Source: Candidatus Daviesbacteria bacterium (GTDB lineage Bacteria; Patescibacteriota; Microgenomatia; Daviesbacterales; UBA10151). From it: a stretch of DNA of 64,000 nucleotides. This document shows positions 50,631 to 59,271 of this stretch, piece after piece. The DNA is taken from NCBI GenBank assembly GCA_030699125.1, contig JAUYKM010000011.1, forward strand, positions 36,937-100,936, written 5' to 3'. Position 1 is the first letter of the stretch. Every line of letters begins with the position of its first letter. The notes beneath the pieces were generated by a model. The model made no database searches and was not told where the DNA came from. It saw only the letters and a list, made by a program, of their open reading frames with translations. The position numbers and the translations under genes were made by a program.

Positions 50631-51494
50631 ATGTTTAGAATTAAATTTGAGGGAGGACAAGTCATTCTACTTTTGCTTTTGGCTATCACAGTGGGCCTGG
50701 GGGTAGGACTGTCCATCGTGCAAAGATCGATCTCCAATGTTTCAACCTCCACCAAGGTGGAAGAATCCCAAAGGGCATTTTCGGCAGCTGAGGCGGGTAT
50801 TGAGAGGGCACTTTTGGGTGATTATTCCGGAGCAGACTTCATAAGCGAGAATCTATCTGAGGCCAGTGTGGAAACAACTGGTCAGATTCCAGGCTCCCAG
50901 CAGGCTTTTGAGGAACCGAATAATTCTAAAGAAGATACAGCTCAAATGTGGCTGGCATCCCCGGCCGACTTGTCTCCTTTTTATACCCAGGGTAGCTTTG
51001 ATGTATATTGGGGTAAGTCGGACGTAGTAGATGATAACGATAAACCAGCTATCTCCTTAAGGGTGATCTATTATCTTGGGGGAAGTTATCAGGTTAAACA
51101 ATTCTTTTTTGACCCGGTTGGAAGTAGGAGAACTGTTAACGGCTTTAGCGCTCCAGGTAGCTGCAGCAATAGTCTATCAGCCATCACTACCTCTTCAGGG
51201 ACAGGAAGAACTTTTTATTGTAAAACGACCATATCTGGATTGAGACCAGGAGGGGAGAATTTAATTGTGGTGCGGGCTAGGTTGTCATATAGTGACAGTT
51301 CGCACCCAATAGCTTTTGTTCCCACAGTTACAGGAGGTTGTGTAGGTTGTTCCTTCCCTCCGCAGGCTAGAATTATCACATCCACCGGTCAATCAGGTTC
51401 AACTCAAAGGAGACTGCAGCTTTTTGTGCAAGATGACGTGGTACCTTGGTATTTTGATTATGCTCTTTTTTCCCTAGGTGAGATTAGCAAATGA
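50631..51494 (+). CDS. PilX-N-like minor pilin
   Basis: GGQVILLLLLAITVGLGVGLSIVQRS N-terminal helix without the G-F-T-L-I-E motif. Confidence 0.5.
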   Translation: MFRIKFEGGQVILLLLLAITVGLGVGLSIVQRSISNVSTSTKVEESQRAFSAAEAGIERALLGDYSGADFISENLSEASVETTGQIPGSQQAFEEPNNSKEDTAQMWLASPADLSPFYTQGSFDVYWGKSDVVDDNDKPAISLRVIYYLGGSYQVKQFFFDPVGSRRTVNGFSAPGSCSNSLSAITTSSGTGRTFYCKTTISGLRPGGENLIVVRARLSYSDSSHPIAFVPTVTGGCVGCSFPPQARIITSTGQSGSTQRRLQLFVQDDVVPWYFDYALFSLGEISK

Positions 51495-51895
51495 TAAATG
51501 AAAGAAGAAAAGGAATCTCCACAATTGAAATGCTCATTGTTATTGCCATTGTCGGATTTTTGGTTATCCTTATTGCCGCCATTCCCAATTCAATAAGGCT
51601 GATCTCTCGCGCAAGACACCAAAGCTTGGTCAGAGAAATTATTAATAAAGAATTGGAAACAAAAAGAAGTATAGGGTATATTAACCTTGCCAATGGAACC
51701 CAAACTATTGGTGACCAAAGACTTTCCACTCTCCCCGGTGGCGTTGGTGAGACTTTAATTGAGGATTGTGACGAACTAATTTGTACAGATAATGAAGATG
51801 TTAAAAAAATTACCGTCACAGTCAGCTGGAATGAAGCAGGCAGCGCAAAGCAACAAGCAGTCGTTACTTTTATCTCAGAAGGAGGCTTGAATTAA
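51491..51895 (+). CDS. Pseudopilin/minor pilin
   Basis: RRKG|ISTIEMLIVIAIVGFLV. Confidence 0.65.
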   Translation: MINERRKGISTIEMLIVIAIVGFLVILIAAIPNSIRLISRARHQSLVREIINKELETKRSIGYINLANGTQTIGDQRLSTLPGGVGETLIEDCDELICTDNEDVKKITVTVSWNEAGSAKQQAVVTFISEGGLN

Positions 51896-51897
51896 AA

Positions 51898-52479
51898 TTG
51901 AAACTGCCCCAAAAAGGTTTTTCTCTGATAGAAGTTTTGGTTTTGACAACAGTGGGGATTCTGGCAGGAGGATTATTGGTGGCAATCCTTGTAAATAATA
52001 CAGGGGTTGTTTATCATCAGACGTCCCGGGTTTCTCAAGGACTTAATATTAATGACGCCCTGATTAAAATCAGAAGCTTAGTTAAAGAATCATCAGCTGT
52101 TGCCTCAGAATATCCTGAAGGCTCCTCCACTCCTGACTATCAGACCTCAAATTCTCAATTGGTCTTAAAAATGAATGTTATTGATTCTCAAGGATCTGTT
52201 GTAGCGGATGTTTTTGATTATGCTATTTTTTTCAAAGATGAAAACAGACTAAGAATGATCATTTTTGCCGACCCTCAAAGTATAAAAGGGAGTGAGGATA
52301 TGGTTTTGGCAAAACAAGTGCTTTCAATAAATTTTGACTATTTAGATGATGAAGGAGTGAATGTTTCCCCATCCACACTGGCCCAGAAAGTAAAAGCGAC
52401 AATTGTTTTACAAGAGAAGGCAGGCTACAGTCTGGAAACCGGAGTAGCCACCTCGGAGGCTAGTTTAAGAAATGATTAA
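51898..52479 (+). CDS. Pseudopilin/minor pilin
   Basis: PQKG|FSLIEVLVLTTVGILAG. Confidence 0.65.
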   Translation: MKLPQKGFSLIEVLVLTTVGILAGGLLVAILVNNTGVVYHQTSRVSQGLNINDALIKIRSLVKESSAVASEYPEGSSTPDYQTSNSQLVLKMNVIDSQGSVVADVFDYAIFFKDENRLRMIIFADPQSIKGSEDMVLAKQVLSINFDYLDDEGVNVSPSTLAQKVKATIVLQEKAGYSLETGVATSEASLRND

Positions 52480-54247
52480 AAAAGAGTTGGGTCAAATTTT
52501 TCCTTTGATGTTGATTGCCATCTCGGTAGTATTAGTGGGAACTCTAGCTTTAATTGGAGGTTCACAACTTTATTATCAAACTGCCAACTATTCTCAAGAT
52601 GTGGAAAAAGCCACAGCTTTGGCAGAAGCCGGAGTGGATAAAGCCATCGATTCTTTAAACAAGACTGGTGGAGCTTACTCTGGTGAAGCAGAGATTTCTT
52701 TAGGAGATGGTTCTTATTCTGTAGCCATCACCTCCAAGGATGCCGGAACCAAGATGATCACCTCAACAGGTTACATACCAAATAAGGATGACCCAGAAGT
52801 TACGCGAACAATTAAGATTCAGGCATCCTTAGGGGTGGGAGTGGCATTTGTTTACGGTGTTCAAGTGGGAGAGGGCGGGATTGAGTTGGGTAACAGTAAC
52901 ATCATCACCGGAAGCATCTATTCTAATGGCAATGTGACCGGTATTAATCAAAACAGGATTACCGGTGATGCCTGGGTGGCCGGGGCTCCCCAATCTGATC
53001 CGGATCAGGAGACAGAATGTGTGGGGGTTAATTGTGATGATTTTATATTTGGTAAAAACGTTGGCAGTGAGGATAGAATGGATATTGCCCAAAGCTTTCA
53101 ACCCTCCGTGGGAGGTATTTTAAATAAGACATCTTTGAAGCTTAAAAAAGTGGGCAATCCCTCGGATGTTGTAGTGAGGATTTTAAGAGATGCTGGAGGC
53201 AAGCCGGATAAAAATGGTGTTTTAACACAAGGAACCCTGTATGGTAGTTTAGTGACAGCTATTTATGGTTGGATTGATGTGACTTTTGCCACTTCCCCAG
53301 TGGTTTCTGCCGATACCACCTATTGGATAATGATTGATACCACCTCAGATGCTAACAATTACTGGGTGTGGGAAAATGACAGTGCTCAATCATATACCAG
53401 AGGTTTTCCGGCCTGGTCGCCAAATTGGTCTACCGGCAATGCTGTATGGAATAATTTTAACGGGGATTTGGGTTTTAGGGCATACTTAGGTGGAACGCCC
53501 ACCTCAATCAGAGCTCTAAATAATATGACAGTGGAAGGAAACGTGCATGCCAATACGATTGAGAGTTTGAGTATAGGTGGAGATGCCTACTTTCAAACTA
53601 TTGTTTCATCAACTGTTGCTGGCAGCTCTAATCCCGGATCAGCTGATCCTCCCCCCAAGGTTTTCCCCATCTCTTCGGCCAATATTGATCAGTGGAGAAT
53701 AGAGGCTTTTGATAATGGCGGAGAATACACTGGAGATATCACTACTTGCCCCACTACTGTAGTGTCTCAGAGAATCAATGGTAGTGTCATCTTAGGATCT
53801 AACTGTAACATCACTATCCATTCCCCGATCCATATTACTGGTGATCTGACCCTAAATAGTAATAATGATTTAATTTTAGCATCTTCCTATGGCACTTCCT
53901 CAGGGGTAATTGTGGTTGATGGAAAAATTACTATCAACAGCGATAATAGATTCTTAGGAACAGGTCAAGGTTCAAGCGTGCTGATGGCCCTATCTGCTTA
54001 TGATTCCCGCACTGATGGAATAGCTGCCATTGTGGTTAATAGTGAAGGCAATACCGGGGTATTTTATGCTGGGGAAGGGATTATCGAACCTGGAAATAGG
54101 AATAATTACAAAGAATTAACTGCCTGGGGAATCAGGCTTATCAATAATTCCAACGTTAATTATGAAACAGGTTTGTCCTCCACCCTATTTTCATCCGGAC
54201 CAGGAGGCGCCTTTACCCTAACCAAAGGGACATACCAAGTTGAGTAA
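52472..54247 (+). CDS. Large (591 aa) PilX-N-like minor pilin / putative pilus-tip adhesin with beta-helix-like repeats
   Basis: N-terminal IFPLMLIAISVVLVGTLALIGGSQ helix; a long Gly/Asn/Thr-rich C-terminal domain with repeated IT/GD motifs. Confidence 0.5.
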   Translation: MIKKELGQIFPLMLIAISVVLVGTLALIGGSQLYYQTANYSQDVEKATALAEAGVDKAIDSLNKTGGAYSGEAEISLGDGSYSVAITSKDAGTKMITSTGYIPNKDDPEVTRTIKIQASLGVGVAFVYGVQVGEGGIELGNSNIITGSIYSNGNVTGINQNRITGDAWVAGAPQSDPDQETECVGVNCDDFIFGKNVGSEDRMDIAQSFQPSVGGILNKTSLKLKKVGNPSDVVVRILRDAGGKPDKNGVLTQGTLYGSLVTAIYGWIDVTFATSPVVSADTTYWIMIDTTSDANNYWVWENDSAQSYTRGFPAWSPNWSTGNAVWNNFNGDLGFRAYLGGTPTSIRALNNMTVEGNVHANTIESLSIGGDAYFQTIVSSTVAGSSNPGSADPPPKVFPISSANIDQWRIEAFDNGGEYTGDITTCPTTVVSQRINGSVILGSNCNITIHSPIHITGDLTLNSNNDLILASSYGTSSGVIVVDGKITINSDNRFLGTGQGSSVLMALSAYDSRTDGIAAIVVNSEGNTGVFYAGEGIIEPGNRNNYKELTAWGIRLINNSNVNYETGLSSTLFSSGPGGAFTLTKGTYQVE

Positions 54248-54281
54248 TTTACAATTTACAATTTACAATTTACAATGAAGA
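54246..54281. repeat. Tandem AATTTACAA x4 immediately upstream of pilM
   Basis: Direct reading. Related CAATTTWCAATTT arrays at 10861-10905 and 20661-20690. Confidence 0.6.
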
Positions 54282-54290
54282 TACTGTCCT

Positions 54291-55328
54291 ATGGCTAAAA
54301 TTTCTGTTGGTCTAGATATTGGCTTTTCCTCAATTAAAGTGGTGTCGCTCTCCTTTGAAGGAGATAAAGCCCACCTACTGTCTCTGGGATCCATTGCTAC
54401 TCCCCAACCCGGAGTTTTATCTGATAATGACATTGATTTGGAAGCGGTTGCTCAAGCTATCAAAAAATTACTTGCAGCTGCCAAAATCAACGAAAAAGAA
54501 ATGTCTTTAGCTCTACCTGAATCAAAAATATTTACCAGAGTAATAGATGACCTGCCTTACTTGACTAATCAGGAGCTTGACTCAGCCATACGATATGCCT
54601 CGGAGGAATTCATCCCATTGCCCATCACCGAGGTTAATTTAAACTGGCAGGTAATTTATAGAGGAAACAAAGGAGAAAAAAATGCCAAAACTATGGTATT
54701 TGTGGTAGCTTCGCCTAAAAATTTGGTTAATAAATATATGAAAACAGTCCTCTTGGCAGGATTAAAGCCTAAACTGATGGAAACTGAGATAATTGCCACT
54801 ACCCGATCCTTGGTTGGCAATAATCCCTTCTCCCCTACCACTTTAATTATTCAGATGGGAGCCTCTAATACGGATTGCGCAGTAGTTTCTAAGGGAATGA
54901 TCTGGTTGACTCGTTCCATTGCCACCGGCGGTTTGGCGCTCACCCGGGCCCTGGCCCAGCAATTTAATTTTGAAATCAATCAGGCAGAAGAATATAAAAA
55001 AGTTTACGGTTTACAAGAGGACCAGCTGGAGGGAAAAGTGTATGAGGCTTTGCGGGGGGTGGTGGATATTATAGCTCAAGAGTCTAAAAGAGTTATTCAA
55101 GCCTTTGAAACAAAATATCCGCAAAATCCCATCAAGCGGGTAGTTTTATCCGGAGGAGGCGCCAAATTACCCGGCCTGGTGGTATACCTTGCCAATATCT
55201 TAGGACTGGAGGTCCAGGAAGCAGATCCCTGGTATCTTATTAGTAAAGATGCGGCTATGCAGCAAAAATTATCTCAGGATGCACCATCTTTTTCTGTGGC
55301 AGTGGGACTGGCTTTAAGAGAAGAATAG
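54291..55328 (+). CDS. pilM: Type IV pilus assembly protein PilM (actin-like ATPase)
   Basis: SVGLDIGFSSIKVV N-terminus; two actin-like subdomains. Confidence 0.85.
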   Translation: MAKISVGLDIGFSSIKVVSLSFEGDKAHLLSLGSIATPQPGVLSDNDIDLEAVAQAIKKLLAAAKINEKEMSLALPESKIFTRVIDDLPYLTNQELDSAIRYASEEFIPLPITEVNLNWQVIYRGNKGEKNAKTMVFVVASPKNLVNKYMKTVLLAGLKPKLMETEIIATTRSLVGNNPFSPTTLIIQMGASNTDCAVVSKGMIWLTRSIATGGLALTRALAQQFNFEINQAEEYKKVYGLQEDQLEGKVYEALRGVVDIIAQESKRVIQAFETKYPQNPIKRVVLSGGGAKLPGLVVYLANILGLEVQEADPWYLISKDAAMQQKLSQDAPSFSVAVGLALREE

Positions 55329-55331
55329 AAA

Positions 55332-55886
55332 ATGGATAGAAATTTTAAAATAACAATCAATCTGCTTCCCCATTTGGAGCCCAAGAATGTGGCTGCTCAA
55401 AGAAGATTTCAGAAGGTTCAGCTAATCTCCACTTTGGTGATACTGCTACTTTTTTTTGCTGTATCTACCAGCTTTGCTCTGACTATTTTGCAAAAAGCTA
55501 ATTTGGATAAAGCAACCAGACAAGTCTCAGATTCAGAGAAGGCGGTGAGTCAACAGCAATCAAAGGAGGTTTCTTTAACTGTTCTAAAAAACAGATTGGT
55601 CTCAATTGATCAAATCCAATCTGTACCCTCAAAGCACAGGGAGATCTTTACACTTGTTAACAATTTGACACCTCAATCCATCTTTGCCAACTCACTCTCA
55701 ACAGATAAGTCAGGTAATCTGATAGTCTCATTTATCTCAGCTAGCATTGTTGATCTTGATTTATTCATAGAAGATCTGATTAACAAAGATAAGAATGAGG
55801 GGAAAATTGCCTCCGTTGATGTTGATAGTTTATCTAGAGGAAGGGATGGAATTTATCGGATTAGCTTAAAAATAAGTACCAAATAA
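55332..55886 (+). CDS. pilN: PilN-like bitopic protein
   Basis: Position after pilM; single TM plus coiled coil. Confidence 0.55.
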   Translation: MDRNFKITINLLPHLEPKNVAAQRRFQKVQLISTLVILLLFFAVSTSFALTILQKANLDKATRQVSDSEKAVSQQQSKEVSLTVLKNRLVSIDQIQSVPSKHREIFTLVNNLTPQSIFANSLSTDKSGNLIVSFISASIVDLDLFIEDLINKDKNEGKIASVDVDSLSRGRDGIYRISLKISTK

Positions 55887-55895
55887 TATATTTAT

Positions 55896-56600
55896 ATGAA
55901 TAAATCTGTCATTCTACTTTTTTATCAAAAATATAAATTAATTCTTTTTCCCCTGGCGGTGATTTTATCTTCTCTTGTCCTGATCTTTTTTGTGATCAGC
56001 CCACAGATAAGCAGGCTGCTGGATACCAATCGCAATATTGATGAATTAAGTAAAAAGAATGCATTTCTGGATGCAAAAGCTCAGGAACTGGAAGTTTTGG
56101 ATGGTGAAGATTTACAAACTAAACTTAATTTGGCTCTTTTGGCTCTACCCCAGGAAACGGATTTTGCCAACTTGATAGGTGTTATTCTTAACCTGAGTTC
56201 CCAGGCTCAATTTAGTTTGGTAAGTTTCCAAACAGATAGAGTTGATCCTAAGGCCGGATCTAAAGCATCAGCTTACGGGATAAGGCTGATCCTGAGTGGT
56301 CCAAAAGAGACTCTGGAGACACTTCTTTCTGATATTGAACAAAATTCCAGGGTGATGAAGGTGACATCAGTAGAATACACCGCTGTCAGATCAGATGAAC
56401 CAATAGATGTTCAGCTGGGCGTTGAGGTGTATTATTCGCCTATTCCCTCATCCTTGGGGGCAGTTGATACACCTTTACCTAAACTGAGTGATAAGGATGA
56501 GACAATTATTGCAACCCTGGCCAGAAATGTTCAACAATCTGCATCAGTATCTCAGATTAGTGTCAGCGGCCCCAGAGGAAAAGCTAATCCGTTTGAGTAA
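55896..56600 (+). CDS. pilO: PilO-like bitopic protein
   Basis: Position after pilN; single TM plus coiled coil. Confidence 0.5.
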   Translation: MNKSVILLFYQKYKLILFPLAVILSSLVLIFFVISPQISRLLDTNRNIDELSKKNAFLDAKAQELEVLDGEDLQTKLNLALLALPQETDFANLIGVILNLSSQAQFSLVSFQTDRVDPKAGSKASAYGIRLILSGPKETLETLLSDIEQNSRVMKVTSVEYTAVRSDEPIDVQLGVEVYYSPIPSSLGAVDTPLPKLSDKDETIIATLARNVQQSASVSQISVSGPRGKANPFE

Positions 56601-57273
56601 GTAGCTCAGGCCTGGTTTTTCTGGTTTTTTTAATACTTTGTTCCATTCTCCATTTGGCAATCTCTGCATGATTCCCTGAAAGCAAAACATCTGGAACTTT
56701 CTGGTCTTCAAACTTCTCAGGCCTGGTGTATTGTGGATATTCTAGAAGAAGTGATGAGTCAGAAAAAGATTCGTTTTCTGTTGCCTCTGGTTTTTCCAAA
56801 ACTCCTGGGATCAATCTGGTGACAGAATCTACAATCACCATGGCCGGGATTTCACCACCAGTTAAGACATAATCTCCGATGGAGGCTTCCTCGTCTATAT
56901 ATTTGTCAATAAATCTTTGATCAACTCCCTCATAGTGGCCGCAGACTATTATCAGCTGATCTAGTTTGGAAAATTCCTGAGCCTTTTTTTGTTTATATGG
57001 AGTCCCAGAGGCGGACATGAGAATAGTTTTAAGTTTTAAGTTTTCAGTTTTAAGTGATCTAACTGCTTTAGCTAACACATCAGCTTTTAATATCATTCCT
57101 GCTCCCCCGCCATATGGCCGCCCGTCTACCACCTGGTGTTTTCCCTCTCCAAATTCCCTTAAATTAATAAGCTCAAATTTGACTTTGCCTTTAGCCTGGG
57201 CTCTTTTGAGAATAGATGAATTTAGGATAGGTTCAAAAACTTCCGGGAAAAGGGTGATGATGGAAATGCGCAT
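56584..57273 (-). CDS. trmD: tRNA (guanine37-N1)-methyltransferase
   Basis: MRISIITLFPEVF and the SPOUT knot motifs. Contains an in-frame GTTTTAA tandem (LKTENLKLKTIL). Confidence 0.9.
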   Translation of the reverse strand: MRISIITLFPEVFEPILNSSILKRAQAKGKVKFELINLREFGEGKHQVVDGRPYGGGAGMILKADVLAKAVRSLKTENLKLKTILMSASGTPYKQKKAQEFSKLDQLIIVCGHYEGVDQRFIDKYIDEEASIGDYVLTGGEIPAMVIVDSVTRLIPGVLEKPEATENESFSDSSLLLEYPQYTRPEKFEDQKVPDVLLSGNHAEIAKWRMEQSIKKTRKTRPELLTQTD

Positions 57274-57348
57274 AATAACAAGTAACTAGTACAGTAAAGG
57301 TAACAAGTTATTTCTACTTGTCACTTGTTACTTCTGTACTTGTTACCC
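57274..57348. repeat. Iterated GTAACAAGT / ACTTGTTAC inverted repeats spanning the KH-gene stop codon to the trmD start (potential hairpin/attenuator or operator)
   Basis: Five copies in 75 bp; two copies encode VTS...VTS at the KH protein C-terminus. Confidence 0.5.
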
Positions 57349-57583
57349 CAGTCGGTTCTGCCAGAGTCAAATTCACTCTGACGTTTTCCGTAATTGCCCT
57401 CACTGTTAAAAGTCTTCTGATTGATCTGATGGTTTGTCCCCCTTTACCAATGATCAGGCCCATATCTTGAGGGTCCACTGTTAGTGTAAGATTGATTGAG
57501 CCATCCTCTTTTTGTTCATCAATTGTGATAGCATCAGGTTTAGAAACTAGGTTTTTAACAATAAACTCAAGCAGTTCCTTCAT
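57314..57583 (-). CDS. KH-domain RNA-binding protein (YlqC/UPF0109-like)
   Basis: LIIGKGGQTIRSIRRLL KH GXXG motif; sits between rpsP and trmD as in the rpsP-ylqC-rimM-trmD operon. Confidence 0.75.
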   Translation of the reverse strand: MKELLEFIVKNLVSKPDAITIDEQKEDGSINLTLTVDPQDMGLIIGKGGQTIRSIRRLLTVRAITENVRVNLTLAEPTGVTSTEVTSDK

Positions 57584-58034
57584 TTTTTATTTCCTCTTTC
57601 GGTGCTTCGGCCTCCTTCTGATCCACTGATTCAGTGGCTTCTGATTCTACCTCTTTTGCAGGGGCTTCTTTTGTTTTTTGTTCATCTGCGGGTTGTTCTG
57701 ATGAGGTTGGTTCAGCTGTTTCTGTCTTTTCTGCTATCTGAGGACTGATAGCTGCTGGCTGTTCTTCTTTCTTTTCCTTCTTAGGCTTTCTGGGTAGCCT
57801 TTGGGGGGCTTTGCCAATAATTCTTAAAAATCCAGTACTCATCTGGGCTCCCTGCTTTGTCCAATGATCAATTCTATCTTGCTTAAGCTTGATATCTTTT
57901 GGTTCGGTTAAAGGATTATAAGTTCCCAAAAGTTCCAAATAAGCACCGGTTCTTTTGGCCCGTTCATCAACCACTACCACCCGATAGAATGGCCTCTTCT
58001 TTGCCCCTATTCTCATTAAACGGATTTTTAACAT
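57567..58034 (-). CDS. rpsP: 30S ribosomal protein S16 with Ala/Glu/Lys-rich C-terminal extension
   Basis: MLKIRLMRIGAKKRPFYRVVVVD... Confidence 0.9.
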   Translation of the reverse strand: MLKIRLMRIGAKKRPFYRVVVVDERAKRTGAYLELLGTYNPLTEPKDIKLKQDRIDHWTKQGAQMSTGFLRIIGKAPQRLPRKPKKEKKEEQPAAISPQIAEKTETAEPTSSEQPADEQKTKEAPAKEVESEATESVDQKEAEAPKEEIKNEGTA

Positions 58035-58052
58035 GGAGGTAAGTATAAAGGA

Positions 58053-58466
58053 TTAGTGGATATCTTTCAATAGCTGAACGAACTTGAATTTTGTAGCTCC
58101 AGCAAACTTTTCATCAGCCGTGATCAACCTTGCCTTATATTTCTTAGCAACAACTGCATATAACATATCATAAACTGAAGTATGATACTTTTTAGCTAGG
58201 CGCGATGCATCTTTTAGATCTTTTTCCACCGGATGATAAATATGTAAGTCTATCTGATAAAGTCTGGTTAAGGCGTTGGTTATTTTCCAAAGGCTAATAA
58301 TACCTTTTGTCACTAAGGTATTGGCAACCTCATAAAAAAGAAATTCAGGAACAAGAGTTTCCTGGGTTTGTAATATGTGGTTTCGAAAGATTTTAGAAGC
58401 GAGGAAGTGACCCTCTTCATGAGGTAGAAACAGTTTGTTAGCAACCGAAGCATCTATGACGGTCAT
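58053..58466 (-). CDS. vapC: PIN-domain ribonuclease toxin (VapC-like)
   Basis: MTVIDASVANKLF N-terminal Asp plus downstream acidic residues in a PIN arrangement. Confidence 0.7.
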   Translation of the reverse strand: MTVIDASVANKLFLPHEEGHFLASKIFRNHILQTQETLVPEFLFYEVANTLVTKGIISLWKITNALTRLYQIDLHIYHPVEKDLKDASRLAKKYHTSVYDMLYAVVAKKYKARLITADEKFAGATKFKFVQLLKDIH

Positions 58467-58736
58467 TTAGGAATACCTGATCTCGCGTAGGGCTTTCACA
58501 GAGTCAAAATCCTTACCTACCTCTTTGGAAATTTCTCTGCCAAGTTGTTCTAGCTCTTTCATGAATTTATCTACGTCTTTGATTTTCCTGTTTTTAACTT
58601 CCTTTTCTTTGTCGATGTTTTTAGAAGTAGCTTCACGTACTATTTTTGCCAGACTTTTTCTTTCTTTGAAAGCCTTAAGCTTGAGCTTCTTATATTGATC
58701 CTCAGGAAACCTGATGTTGGTGGATACCCAGTTCAC
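58467..58736 (-). CDS. Ribbon-helix-helix (CopG/VapB-like) antitoxin
   Basis: Abuts vapC. STNIRFPEDQYKKLKLKAFKERKSLAKIVREA is an RHH pattern. Confidence 0.55.
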   Translation of the reverse strand: MNWVSTNIRFPEDQYKKLKLKAFKERKSLAKIVREATSKNIDKEKEVKNRKIKDVDKFMKELEQLGREISKEVGKDFDSVKALREIRYS

Positions 58737-58791
58737 GTTTTTAATTCCTCCTTAAAAATATAATAGCCTTAGAATTAAAAAGGCAAGGTTC

Positions 58792-58846
58792 TGCAAGCAC
58801 GAGCTAAAATATCTCATAGCGAAGTGCGAAGCAGGTCCTTATAGTA
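58792..58846. repeat. Family-B MITE-like element, intergenic inverted copy of the 48523-48573 element
   Basis: GGTTCTGCAAGCACGAGC...GCGAAGTGCGAAGCAGGTCC; ~75% identity to the reverse complement of the pilin-leader copy. Confidence 0.6.
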
Positions 58847-58868
58847 TATTGGTATTATTATACCATTA

Positions 58869-58946
58869 TATAATGATACTAAAATTAGTCAAACCACTGA
58901 ATGGCCTCTTCTTTGTCCCTATTCTCATTAATCTAATTTTTAGCAT
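58869..58946 (-). pseudogene. Diverged duplicate of the rpsP 5' end (MLKIRLMRIGTKKRPFS...)
   Basis: nt 58899-58962 are ~85% identical to nt 57987-58050. Confidence 0.6.
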
Positions 58947-59271
58947 GGACATAAGTATAGCTTAAGCTGGATCAAGCGTCAATAAAGAAACTAGAATTAT
59001 AAACGACCTATAATATTGATATTTAAATTCAAATTTGATAAAATTAACAATAATATGGTTGAAAATAAGGATAATATTTATTTTGGAGGTATTTACTTTG
59101 ATCAAAGAAAAGGTTTGGAAGGTGTCGTGAAGCTCCTTGTTTCTAGCCTGCTTGCACCTGGTGTAGCCCAACTGCCAGATCCTCCACGCTTACCAGATAC
59201 TAGGGAATATTTGTATTTAAAAAATATCTATGATTTATGCCAGACCTACCAAAAAAAAGGTGGTAGAGTAA

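Noticed and set aside
54246-54281. Possible CRISPR array (tandem AATTTACAA x4) and other short tandems (41317-41340, 57020-57055)
   Set aside because: Repeat units are 7-9 bp with no spacers, arrays are under 40 bp, and no cas genes are in the window. These are simple micro-tandem repeats.
59016-59271. N-terminal 85 codons of the 472-aa six-frame ORF
   Set aside because: An AAGGTGG SD precedes the internal ATG at 59272, while the far-upstream ATG sits in AT-rich sequence copied from the rpsP-duplicate region. The shorter gene model is preferred, with low confidence either way.
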